Source: Candidatus Micrarchaeota archaeon
GTDB lineage: Archaea; Micrarchaeota; Micrarchaeia; Norongarragalinales; Norongarragalinaceae
Assembly (NCBI GenBank): GCA_037444485.1
Contig: JBBIMI010000022.1
Location: forward strand, 1-14,940
Direction: 5' to 3'
Length of the DNA stretch: 14,940 nucleotides
Shown here: positions 1 to 8,157 of the stretch, one piece after another
Layout: the number at the start of each line of letters is the position of its first letter
How positions within the stretch are numbered: the stretch's first letter is position 1
Made by a program: the position numbers and the translations under genes
The notes under the pieces: generated by a model
The model's input: the letters and a program-made list of their open reading frames with translations, nothing else
Told to the model about the DNA's origin: nothing
Databases searched by the model: none

Positions 1-561
1 TGCAGGCAAACTCGTCGCCGGCTGAAGCAAGTTGTTTGAATTAAAATAGAAAAACCCGAGAATCGCGAGCAACACTAGCGGCAAGAGCTTTAAAATAGTG
101 AGCGTGTCTTCAACGCGCGCGCCTGCCTTAATGCCGCGGTAGTTAACGTAAGTGAAAACGAAGCCCGCGAGCGCGGCAAGCGCGACACGCAAGTTCCAAT
201 CGCTTGGAATAAAGAATTGAAGGTACCACGCGAGCGCGAGTTGTTCAACCGTAATCGTAAGCCAGTAACCAAACCAAAAACTGTATCCAGTCACGAAACC
301 CCAAAAATCGCCGAGCGCAGCATGCGCGTACGAGTAAAGCCCGCCTGTTTTCGGAACTATGGCAGCGCATTCCGCAAAACAAAAACCCGCGAGAAGAGCG
401 TAAAGCCCGGCGACAACCCAAGCGAGAATCGACCACGCGCCTGCCGCTTGGGCGGCGAGCACGGGCATTATGTAAATGCCGCTGCCGACGATGAAGCCCA
501 CGCCAAGCATTACGGCGTCAAAAAACCCGAGCGCGCGCACGAAGCGAATCTTGCGAGCCAT
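1..561 (-). CDS. APC-superfamily amino acid/polyamine permease, N-terminal 187 aa (runs off the left edge)
   Basis: Not in the ORF track; translated by hand from ATG at 561: MARKIRFVRALGFFDAVMLGVGFIVGSGIYIMPVLAAQAAGAWSILAWVVAGLYALLAGFCFAECAAIVPKTGGLYSYAHAALGDFWGFVTGYSFW...VNYRGIKAGARVEDTLTILKLLPL. It has the APC TM1 G-x-x-(I/V)-G-S-G-I motif, the AE...P..GG.Y.Y motif and N.RG.K, and the frame is open to base 1. Confidence 0.93.
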   Translation of the reverse strand, partial: MARKIRFVRALGFFDAVMLGVGFIVGSGIYIMPVLAAQAAGAWSILAWVVAGLYALLAGFCFAECAAIVPKTGGLYSYAHAALGDFWGFVTGYSFWFGYWLTITVEQLALAWYLQFFIPSDWNLRVALAALAGFVFTYVNYRGIKAGARVEDTLTILKLLPLVLLAILGFFYFNSNNLLQPATSLPA

Positions 562-584
562 GAAAAACAAGAAAGCGCTACGAG

Positions 585-594
585 TATAAAAAAA
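585..594 (-). promoter_or_regulatory. Probable archaeal TATA box for a leaderless permease transcript
   Basis: The minus strand reads TTTTTTTATA ending 24 nt before the ATG at 561, and no SD motif precedes the ATG. This is the usual spacing for leaderless archaeal mRNAs. Confidence 0.5.
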
Positions 595-626
595 TTTTTG
601 AACGCCTCCGGATGCTCGCGTTTTCG

Positions 627-641
627 AAAAAAATCAAAAAA
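627..641 (-). terminator. Oligo-T tracts after the PPDK_N stop codon; possible archaeal terminator
   Basis: The minus strand after TGA reads TTTTTTGATTTTTTT. Confidence 0.4.
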
Positions 642-1589
642 TCAGAGTGTTGTGATGGGCCGGGCTTGAGTCACGTATAAAACGTTTTTTTCTACAGCCC
701 ACTCGATGTCTTGCGGGTAGCCGTAATGTTTTTCGATGCGCGCGCAGGTTTTCGCGACTTCCAAAATCAATGCGTCGTCAAGCTTTTGCTTTGCGCGTTT
801 TGCTTCCGGCACCCGCTTTTCTATAACGCCTCCGTTTGCGCCGCGCGTTATCATGATTTCTTGTTCTGAAATGTTTTTGTCGAGAACGTCGAATCTTCCG
901 TTCTTGTGTTTGTGTACGACGTAAGCGTCTGGAGTGATTTTGCCGCCGACGATGGCTTCACCCAAACCCCAGCCTGCCTCGATCACCATTTGGTCGCGGT
1001 CTTTAGTTACCGGGTTTACGGTAAACGCGATTCCTGAAACCTCGCTTTGAACCATTTTTTGGACGACGACTGCCACGAACACTTTTTGTTTGTGAAAGTT
1101 TTTTTCGAAACGGTAATAAATCGCGCGGGGCGTGAACAGGGAAGCCCAACATTTTTTGATTGACTCAAGCAAGTTTTTTCGGCGGACGTTCAAAAACGTT
1201 TCAAGCTCGCCAGCCCAACTCGCGGTTTTCGAGTCTTCGGCAGTCGCGCTGCTGCGAACCGCGACGAGCGGCGCGCCGAGTTCGTTGAATGCGGAGAAAA
1301 CTTCTGTTGCAACGTCTTTCGGAAAGCCAGTGTTTTTAATCAAGCCCCTGATTTTGATTGAAGCGCCTTCAACCGAATTAACGTCGTTGTAGTCAATCGA
1401 GTGCGTCAGCGCTTCAACTTCAGCCGCGAGGTTTGTTTCTTCAAGGAAATGCTGGAAAGCGTTTGAAAGCACTATGAATCCTGGCGGGACTGGAATTCCG
1501 GCGCGCGTCATTTCGCCGAGCGACGCGCCTTTGCCGCCTGCCTCGCGCACGTCATCCTTAGAAATTTGTTTAAAGCTTTTCACAAACAA
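642..1589 (-). CDS. Stand-alone PEP-synthase/PPDK N-terminal ATP-grasp (AMP/ATP-binding) domain protein; putative ATP subunit of a split dikinase
   Basis: Motifs GGKGASLGEM, PVPPGF, VAVRSSATAEDS..ASWAG..ETFLNV, CWASLFT.RAIYYR, VVVQKMV.SE.SG..FT.NP, IEAGWGLGEAIVGG..TPD, PQDIEWA, QARPITTL then stop. No His domain and no C-terminal TIM barrel. Start taken as TTG at 1589, after the SD-like GGTGGGGGT; the track start at 1631 is the alternative. Confidence 0.92.
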   Translation of the reverse strand: MFVKSFKQISKDDVREAGGKGASLGEMTRAGIPVPPGFIVLSNAFQHFLEETNLAAEVEALTHSIDYNDVNSVEGASIKIRGLIKNTGFPKDVATEVFSAFNELGAPLVAVRSSATAEDSKTASWAGELETFLNVRRKNLLESIKKCWASLFTPRAIYYRFEKNFHKQKVFVAVVVQKMVQSEVSGIAFTVNPVTKDRDQMVIEAGWGLGEAIVGGKITPDAYVVHKHKNGRFDVLDKNISEQEIMITRGANGGVIEKRVPEAKRAKQKLDDALILEVAKTCARIEKHYGYPQDIEWAVEKNVLYVTQARPITTL

Positions 1590-1608
1590 CTTTTTTACCC
1601 CCACCAAT

Positions 1609-1740
1609 TCTTTCTTCATTTTTTTCTTCATTCTTTTATCTTTTTCTTTATTCTTTCTTCATTTTTTTATTCTTTTATCTTTTTCTTTATTTTTTTTTCT
1701 TTTATTTTTTTCTCTTTAATTTTTTTTATTTCTTTTTTTA
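1609..1740. repeat. Low-complexity T/C-rich intergenic tract with an imperfect ~39-bp duplication
   Basis: ATTCTTTTATCTTTTTCTTTATT occurs at 1630-1652 and 1669-1691. Confidence 0.7.
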
Positions 1741-3201
1741 TTTCCGCTCCAAAATTTTTATGAAGCCAGTGCTTTTGCTTGCGTCCACCTCGACTAGGTC
1801 GCCGTCTTTAAGCGTTTTAGTCGCGTGCTTAGTGCCGATAATGCATGGTTTTTTTAACTCGCGCGCGACTATTGCCGCGTGACTCAACAACCCACCTTCG
1901 TCTGTAACGATTGCGGCTGCTTTCTCCATCGCTGGAACGTGCGTTGGCGCCGTGCTGGTAGTGACGAGGATTCTGCCGCGTTGAAAACTCTTGATGTCTT
2001 CAAGGTTACGAATTACTTTAACGCGTCCCTTCGCTCTACCAATGAACGCGGGCTGTCCCTGCAACTCGTTGATTGACGCTAACTCTCCTTGTTTTTTTAG
2101 TTCAGGCTCCAAGTATTTTTTTAAACGCTGGCCGCTTAAAACCCTTGTTTTTCCGTTAACGTAAATGAGGGCGTAGTCTTTCGCGCGCTCGTCTGCCGTG
2201 CGCGCTAGTTTTTTCGTCAAGCCGTGCTTTAACGCGTTAGTGATTTCGTTTACAGTCAAGTAAACAAGTTTTTCGTAAGGCAGTCCGATTCGCTCGCTTG
2301 CTTCCAGCATTACTGGCTTTAAAATGAAGGGAATCCTGTGGTATAACTCGTTAGCCCACATTGAAGTGAACGCGTATTCCTTGAACACGCGGATGACGCT
2401 GCGTTCTTCCGCGTTCAACTCGAATTTTTTTTCGAACTCACGCGTCTTCAAACGGTTTTCGCGGACTTGCTGGAATCCGGCAATCGTTTCCTTGATTATT
2501 CGCGTTTCGCTTTTTCGAGCCAGCGTTTTAACGCGTTCGCGGACTCTCGACTCGTCGAGTGGTTCTCCTAAGAAAACGAAGGTGGCCAAGTACCCGTAAC
2601 GCTTCGCGTACAGCTTAATCATTTTTTTTGCGCGCGCGTCGAAACCGGTTTTCTTCACGTGCAACGCGAGTTCGCCTAACTCTTTTTGTGACTTCAACAA
2701 GTCGGTCGGCTTGTTCAAGCCAGTAACGCGCGAAAGCCAGTAATTGAATTCCTGCAAGTTCGCCGCGTGTTTTGAAACCAATGCGTTCACGCGGTCAGAG
2801 TAAAAAGAGTTGAGGACGAAGTAATCGTAGCCGTAATTGTAGCATCGCGCACTCAAGTCAGCGAGTTTTAGGAAGAGCCGCGTCAACTCTTTATTCGTCA
2901 ACCTTTTTTTTCGCGCTTGTTTTACTGCTTTTTCCGCGAAAGCAAGCAAAACAAGCTTCTTCCTGCGGTAGGCTCTAGCCCATTTTATTAGCGTGCGCGG
3001 TGTAGAACGCTTCAACATTTCAACGTAGTCGCGAAAGTCTTTCTCACCCCACCACCGCGCATGCAACGCGCAGCGAAAGTTTTTAATCCTCGTTTTGCCG
3101 TCGTGCGCGCGCGTAAAAAGCTTGAAGGATCTGGCAAACAAGTCCCAGAATATGACTGGCGGCATTTGTGTTGTTTCCTTGAATTTAATCCACTGCGTCA
3201 C
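1738..3201 (-). CDS. PEP-utilizer mobile (phospho-His swivel) domain protein with large N-terminal helical domain, paralogue 4
   Basis: C-terminal AAAIVTDEGGLLSHAAIVARELKKPCIIGT..AT..LKDGDLVEVDA; N-domain motifs YAKRYGYL and IGLPYEKLVYLTVNEI. Start taken as GTG at 3201, after a strong SD GGAGGTGG (3206-3213); the track start is 3240. Confidence 0.88.
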   Translation of the reverse strand: MTQWIKFKETTQMPPVIFWDLFARSFKLFTRAHDGKTRIKNFRCALHARWWGEKDFRDYVEMLKRSTPRTLIKWARAYRRKKLVLLAFAEKAVKQARKKRLTNKELTRLFLKLADLSARCYNYGYDYFVLNSFYSDRVNALVSKHAANLQEFNYWLSRVTGLNKPTDLLKSQKELGELALHVKKTGFDARAKKMIKLYAKRYGYLATFVFLGEPLDESRVRERVKTLARKSETRIIKETIAGFQQVRENRLKTREFEKKFELNAEERSVIRVFKEYAFTSMWANELYHRIPFILKPVMLEASERIGLPYEKLVYLTVNEITNALKHGLTKKLARTADERAKDYALIYVNGKTRVLSGQRLKKYLEPELKKQGELASINELQGQPAFIGRAKGRVKVIRNLEDIKSFQRGRILVTTSTAPTHVPAMEKAAAIVTDEGGLLSHAAIVARELKKPCIIGTKHATKTLKDGDLVEVDASKSTGFIKILERK

Positions 3202-3223
3202 TAGACCACCTCCGCGTTCAAGC

Positions 3224-4675
3224 TCAAGCTTCACTTTCAACTAGTTTCCTTACTATTCCTTTCGTCGCGTCTACTTCAACCAAATCGCCGTCTTTCAGGA
3301 CGCGCGTCGCGACGCGCGTGCCGATGACGCAAGGAATGCCGAGTTCTCGTGAGACTATCGCCGCGTGGCACGTTATTCCGCCTTCGTCGGTCACGAATGC
3401 GGCTGCTTTCTTGAGCAACGGCATCATTTCAGGAGTCGTCATACTCGTGACGATGATGTCGCTTTCCTGGAACTTGCCGTAATCAGTTTTACTCAAAATT
3501 ATTTTGCAGGCTCCCCGCGCTTTCCCGGCGCAAGCAGTTTTTCCCTTCAACTCGCTTGCAGGCAAAGGCTTTTCTTCAAGCTGGCTCTGCAGCTCGTCCA
3601 CCTCGCTTCCAGTGAGAACGCAGGAGTCTTCGCCGATTTCCACGCAGGCGAAGCTGTGAATCCTGTCTTGAAGAACCTGCTTCGAGGGAATCGCGCCGTC
3701 CAACAGCTCGTAAACCGTGCAGTGCAGCAGCTCACCGTATTCGAGTCCTTTCGCTTTAGCCAGTTTCAAGAGCAAGTTTCGAATTTCGTAAAAAGTTTTG
3801 TTAATCAAATCTGTGCGGTGCGTCCTGTAGTAAACGATTTCCTGCACTACTTTAACCAAGTGCCTGTCTTTCGCGCTCAACGCGCGTTCCGCCTCCGCTA
3901 TTTTTTCAGCGTGCTTCTCGTCTTCAGCAAGCTTTTCCCGCAGCTTCTTCTCCAAATCATCGCATTTAGACAATTCATCTTCAAGCCTTTCAAGCAACTG
4001 CTGTGGAGTCCAAGCGTCCAGCGAACCGTAGCGGGTTCCGAGCCACCCGAACTCGCGCGCGTGTTCCTCCAACCTTTCCTTTACGCTCTGCGTTACGCCT
4101 TCCTTCTGCGCTTGGACAGCTATTTCGAGAAAAGCTTGCTCTTCAAGCGTGGAAAAGTTTTTCTTGAGCGGCATGGAAACCGCACCGAAGTACTCTCGCG
4201 CTCGCGCTTTGCCGAATGCTTTCTCAAGGGCTTTGCGTAGCGTGGTTTCAAGGCTGTCGAGAATGAAGAAAATGCCTATGGCGGGCGCGTAGCGCGCGTA
4301 CGCGTCGGCGAAGCGCTTGAAGTCTTCAAGCAGTTCGCTTTCGCTTGCATTGGAATACGTTTTTCGCTCTATTTCGCTGGCGATTTTCTGTAGTTCGCCG
4401 CCAGTCTGTTCAGCGCTGGAAACAAGAAGGTTGATGTACTCGGGCTCGCGCTTTAAGCGCTTCTTCAAGTATTCCGCGAATTTTACTGGGTGATATTCCG
4501 AATAATAAAAATCTCCGTTTATCATCACTCTGTCGTGAATGTGGTAGTCGACGTCGGCGAAAGACTTCCAGTATCCGCGATTCGCCATCCCGGAGAATAT
4601 GAGTGAAACGGGTAGCGGCGGGTACTCTCTGTGTACGACCTTGACTAGTTTGTCTGAAAACTTGAATTCCCTCAT
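3224..4675 (-). CDS. PEP-utilizer mobile domain protein with large N-terminal helical domain, paralogue 3
   Basis: AAAFVTDEGGITCHAAIVSRELGIPCVIGT..ATRVLKDGDLVEVDATKG; N-domain EHAREFGWLG. The ATG at 4675 lies 1 nt after the upstream TAA (4677-4679), so it is preferred over the track start at 4723. Confidence 0.9.
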   Translation of the reverse strand: MREFKFSDKLVKVVHREYPPLPVSLIFSGMANRGYWKSFADVDYHIHDRVMINGDFYYSEYHPVKFAEYLKKRLKREPEYINLLVSSAEQTGGELQKIASEIERKTYSNASESELLEDFKRFADAYARYAPAIGIFFILDSLETTLRKALEKAFGKARAREYFGAVSMPLKKNFSTLEEQAFLEIAVQAQKEGVTQSVKERLEEHAREFGWLGTRYGSLDAWTPQQLLERLEDELSKCDDLEKKLREKLAEDEKHAEKIAEAERALSAKDRHLVKVVQEIVYYRTHRTDLINKTFYEIRNLLLKLAKAKGLEYGELLHCTVYELLDGAIPSKQVLQDRIHSFACVEIGEDSCVLTGSEVDELQSQLEEKPLPASELKGKTACAGKARGACKIILSKTDYGKFQESDIIVTSMTTPEMMPLLKKAAAFVTDEGGITCHAAIVSRELGIPCVIGTRVATRVLKDGDLVEVDATKGIVRKLVESEA

Positions 4676-4676
4676 T

Positions 4677-6197
4677 TTAACTAACTGCACCTTCTGCTTC
4701 AGTTTTTTTGGTTTTGTCACCAACTTTTCTCATGATTCCCGTGCCCGCGTCTACTTCAACTAAATCGCCGTTTTTGAATATGCGCGTGGCGTTTTTCGTG
4801 CCAACGATGCACGGAATCCCCAATTCCCGCGAGACGAGTGCCGCGTGGCACGTTATTCCACCTTCGTCTGTAACAATCGCGACCGCGTTCCTCATCGCCG
4901 CCATCAACTCAGGGGTAGTCATTGGAGACACTAGCACGATGTTTTTCTCTCCAGCGTAATCATCTTGTTTGAAGACTATCTTCACGCGTCCAACGGCTTT
5001 CCCGAACGTTGCAGGAATGCCTTTAATGAATGACGCTGAAGGGGTAACGCCAACTATCTTGTCACGAAATTCTAGTGCTTTACGCCCGACGAAAACTTTG
5101 GTTGTCTTGGTTTTAGCGTTAAAGTAAAAAGCGTGGTCTAACTCGCCTAAAAGCGGTTTGATTGCTTTTCTTTTTTCTTCGATTAATTGAATTGCGTCCC
5201 AACCAGCTAGTTCGGTGCACTCGAGTTTCTTTAAACCAATTGCTTCACTGACTACTCGCAGAAAAGGACGCGTTTCGTAGTGAAAGCGGTTCAAGTTAAA
5301 CCGAATGTAGTCTTTAAAGAAAGTGAATTCGGAGAGGACGGAAAAGATTCTTGAAATGCTTTCAGGCGGATTCAATTCGTCCAGCAACGCTTTTTTTTCT
5401 TCAACCAACTTTTTCGGGTGTTCTTCAACGAGTTTAAAACGCGCGAGCGTTTTTTCCTCGTTTGAGAGCGCTTGCTTTAACTCGCTTGCGACGTAAGCCT
5501 TGCTCCACGGTTCTTCGTTATCGTAACCGCAGGGAAACCAACAATATTTTTTCAAGTGTTCGTCAACCAACGCATTCAATTCAGCGAACCGCCCGTCGTT
5601 TTCTAACAGGAACGCCGTTTCTTCAAGCGTTTTTTTCAAAAAAAGTTTCTTGAATTTTCTTGCTTTCAAAAAAATTTTTTTGAAAGACTCTTGTTCCTTC
5701 TGCAGAAAGCTTTCTTTCGCGGTTCCAGTCAGTACGCTGAACGCTTCCCTAATTTTTTTAGAGTCGCTTCCACGCATTTCGCGTTCCAGCCATTTCCTGC
5801 ATTCTTCAACGCCGGTCCTGTTAAACAAACGGATTAAGCCGACTAGAAATTCTGTGCGCTTGTAGCTAGTCCAGTATTCTTTAAAAAACTCTGGCGAGGG
5901 TTCACGCACCGCTTTTCTTCCAACTTCATGCATTGCGGAAATAAGTTTTTCTGCGTCGCTCGAATATTTTTGTGTAAAACGCGGGTCGCTTAAAACAAGT
6001 TTTTTAATGCTTTCTCCTGTCTTACGCAAGGAAGCTTCTTCGAAAAACATTGAGGCCTTATGCTTTTCTCCAAAGATCACGACGCTGGTGTCGTTGCAGT
6101 AAAACGGCGGGTGGCCCTCGACGTAAGTAGCGAAAAAAGCGGAAGTATAGAATGGAGCGCATCGCCTTTCCCAATCGTAATCCCACTTGCCAGCCAT
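4677..6197 (-). CDS. PEP-utilizer mobile domain protein with large N-terminal helical domain, paralogue 2
   Basis: AVAIVTDEGGITCHAALVSRELGIPCIVGTKNATRIFKNGDLVEVDA; N-domain EHLKKYCWFPCGY. The ATG directly abuts the upstream TGA (TGAATG). Confidence 0.9.
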   Translation of the reverse strand: MAGKWDYDWERRCAPFYTSAFFATYVEGHPPFYCNDTSVVIFGEKHKASMFFEEASLRKTGESIKKLVLSDPRFTQKYSSDAEKLISAMHEVGRKAVREPSPEFFKEYWTSYKRTEFLVGLIRLFNRTGVEECRKWLEREMRGSDSKKIREAFSVLTGTAKESFLQKEQESFKKIFLKARKFKKLFLKKTLEETAFLLENDGRFAELNALVDEHLKKYCWFPCGYDNEEPWSKAYVASELKQALSNEEKTLARFKLVEEHPKKLVEEKKALLDELNPPESISRIFSVLSEFTFFKDYIRFNLNRFHYETRPFLRVVSEAIGLKKLECTELAGWDAIQLIEEKRKAIKPLLGELDHAFYFNAKTKTTKVFVGRKALEFRDKIVGVTPSASFIKGIPATFGKAVGRVKIVFKQDDYAGEKNIVLVSPMTTPELMAAMRNAVAIVTDEGGITCHAALVSRELGIPCIVGTKNATRIFKNGDLVEVDAGTGIMRKVGDKTKKTEAEGAVS

Positions 6198-7877
6198 TCA
6201 CAACCGCCTCACTATTCCTTTCGTCGCGTCTACCTCCACCAAATCGCCGTCTTTCAGGACTAGAGTTGCGTGCTTAGTGCCGATAATGCATGGTTTTTTT
6301 AACTCGCGCGCGACTATTGCCGCGTGGCACGTTATTCCACCTTCGTCCGTAATTATGGCCGCGGCTTTCTTCATTGCAGGCAGCAAGTCAGGGTTGGTTG
6401 CAGGCGACACGAGCACGTCGCCCTCACGCATTTTAGTTACGTCTTCAACGCGAACAACGATTTTCACTGCGCCCTTCGCTGTTCCAACGCGCGCAGGCAT
6501 TCCCTTCAATTCCTTCACGTCAGTTTTGAAACCCTCGTCACTCTCGCCGCTTGTCACGCGCGACGACAACAACCGCGCTTGCCTTCCAGTGAAAACAGTG
6601 ACTTCGCCGCCTTCGAAAAACCAGCAACTCTGTTTTACGCGTTCTTCAAGTTTCCGCGCGTTCGGCTTCAGCGTTCCTTCAAGCGCTTTCACGATTTCGT
6701 AGAGCGTCAAGTGTCTGGCTTGCGTTAGAGTTAAACCCAAGCGCGACGCGATTTCCTTAACCAACCCTTCACTCCAGCAACTCGCTTTAAACACCGCGTC
6801 CTTGCGCGCTGCCTTCAAGAACATGAACGTGCGCGCGACGCGAATCCAGTGTTTTTCTTCAGCATTCAAGCCAAGTTTTTTTTCAAACCGCGCTTGCTTT
6901 TCCGCTAGTTCGCGTTTCTTGTTTTCTAGTTCTTCAAGCTTTTTCTTGCCGCTTGTTTTCCGCTCGAGTTCAGACTTCAAGAGTTTAACAAAATGCGCTT
7001 CGTCAAGCACAGTCGGCCCGTCGTAACCGTACTGAAGCCAACCGTATTCGCGTGCGTGCTCGCTGACTGGTTCGCGAACGCCGGGCAGCGTTACGAATTT
7101 TCTTAAAACCTTGTTTCCCGGGTTGCTGAAAACCTTTAACGCGAGCGGGCTTTCTTGAATCAAGGCAAGCAATTCGTAAAAATCTTCTTCATGCCTCGCA
7201 ATCGAACTTTTTTCGAGGGGTGTGGTTAAAACAGTGAAGGCTTCAGCAACGCTCGCGCTTGAACTTGTTCCGCGTATTCTTTTTTCTAACAAATCATTGA
7301 TTTTGTTTGAAAGCATGAAGTGTTCAAAGTCAGCCAAGTTCACGACGTGGCCCAAAACGTTAGCTTCCACCCAAACGTCGTAAAGCATTTGAAACTCGCG
7401 CAACAGTTCTTCGTTAGAGCATGCTTGCAGTTTTCGTCTCTGCGTCTCGCCACGCAACGCTTCAGCTTTTTCTTCTAGTTTTTTAATGGACTCTCGGCTG
7501 TTGCGTTCAACTAACTCGAAAAAGTTTTTACTCTGCAAGCGTTTCAACGCGATTACGCCGGCTTTATTAAAGCTTTCATCGGCATAAAATCTAGAGTTTT
7601 GGTTTTCGAACACCAGCATCATTGAATGCGTGTTCAACCCTTCAACTCCAAGCACTGCAAGCACTTCGTTCGAGGTCGCTGCTTGACAGTATGCTGCGGG
7701 ATGCATTAACGGGCTTGCAGGGTTTACTGCAACAACCTTCCACGCTTTACTCAAGGCTTTACTCAAGGCTTTACTCAACCCAGCCTTTTTTTCAGTCGTT
7801 TCTTCAGTCGTTTTCGTTCCCTCCAACACTCTTTTTTTCTTTCCTTTTTTTCTTTCCTCGTTTTCTCTGGGTTTCAA
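6198..7877 (-). CDS. PEP-utilizer mobile domain protein with large N-terminal helical domain, paralogue 1
   Basis: AAAIITDEGGITCHAAIVARELKKPCIIGTKHATLVLKDGDLVEVDATKG; N-domain EHAREYGWLQYGY. The start is uncertain because the first ~45 codons are low-complexity and repeat-containing. Confidence 0.88.
   Translation of the reverse strand: MKPRENEERKKGKKKRVLEGTKTTEETTEKKAGLSKALSKALSKAWKVVAVNPASPLMHPAAYCQAATSNEVLAVLGVEGLNTHSMMLVFENQNSRFYADESFNKAGVIALKRLQSKNFFELVERNSRESIKKLEEKAEALRGETQRRKLQACSNEELLREFQMLYDVWVEANVLGHVVNLADFEHFMLSNKINDLLEKRIRGTSSSASVAEAFTVLTTPLEKSSIARHEEDFYELLALIQESPLALKVFSNPGNKVLRKFVTLPGVREPVSEHAREYGWLQYGYDGPTVLDEAHFVKLLKSELERKTSGKKKLEELENKKRELAEKQARFEKKLGLNAEEKHWIRVARTFMFLKAARKDAVFKASCWSEGLVKEIASRLGLTLTQARHLTLYEIVKALEGTLKPNARKLEERVKQSCWFFEGGEVTVFTGRQARLLSSRVTSGESDEGFKTDVKELKGMPARVGTAKGAVKIVVRVEDVTKMREGDVLVSPATNPDLLPAMKKAAAIITDEGGITCHAAIVARELKKPCIIGTKHATLVLKDGDLVEVDATKGIVRRL
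7744..7814. repeat. In-frame 12-bp tandem repeats: (GCTTTACTCAAG)x3 encoding LSKA x3, and a 12-bp x2 encoding TTEE/TTEK
   Basis: Units at 7744-7755, 7756-7767 and 7768-7779; TTCAGTCGTTT at 7791 and 7803. Confidence 0.85.
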
Positions 7878-7880
7878 GCG

Positions 7881-8093
7881 TTAAACGATTTTAAGCGACT
7901 TCAACCACTTCGTGAAGTCAAGCGCTTCCGCGAATTTCGCTACTTTTGCTTGGCTTTTATACAAAACAAGCGCGATTATCAACAGCGCGACCAGCGTCGC
8001 TTCGTCAGCCCGTGCAAGAAACCAAAACACCGCATTCCGCAAGTCGTCTATAGCCAAGAAAGCCAGCACGACGAGAACGTCTAATCCCTTCAA
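7881..8093 (-). CDS. Small hydrophobic (membrane) hypothetical protein, 70 aa
   Basis: Hydrophobic stretches VLVVLAFLAI and TLVALLIIALVLY. It fills the gap on the operon strand and its stop lies 3 nt from the next start; TTG start. Confidence 0.6.
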   Translation of the reverse strand: MKGLDVLVVLAFLAIDDLRNAVFWFLARADEATLVALLIIALVLYKSQAKVAKFAEALDFTKWLKSLKIV

Positions 8094-8157
8094 TTCAAAA
8101 ACCCTTTATCTTCAAAAACCTTGCTCGAATCGTCGAATTTGTTGCTTATTTGTTCAC

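Noticed and set aside
217..669. 150-aa + strand ORF (and the small ORFs at 90-272 and 245-436)
   Set aside because: Shadow frames of the minus-strand APC permease.
3365..4240. 291-aa + strand ORF and other antisense ORFs across 736-7894, 10922-11494, 11761-12189 and 13505-14424
   Set aside because: Antisense or alternate frames of well-supported genes, with no recognisable motifs.
3252..6347. Diversity-generating retroelement TR/VR pairs among the repeated 3' tracts
   Set aside because: No reverse transcriptase in the window; mismatches are few, synonymous and not adenine-specific; all copies lie in the conserved catalytic domain.
642..7877. Annotation as phosphoenolpyruvate synthase (ppsA) or as fragmented ppsA pseudogenes
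   Set aside because: No C-terminal PEP/pyruvate-binding barrel is present. PPDK_N ends cleanly at RPITTL-stop, and the His-domain genes are intact, lie upstream and carry unrelated long N-domains.
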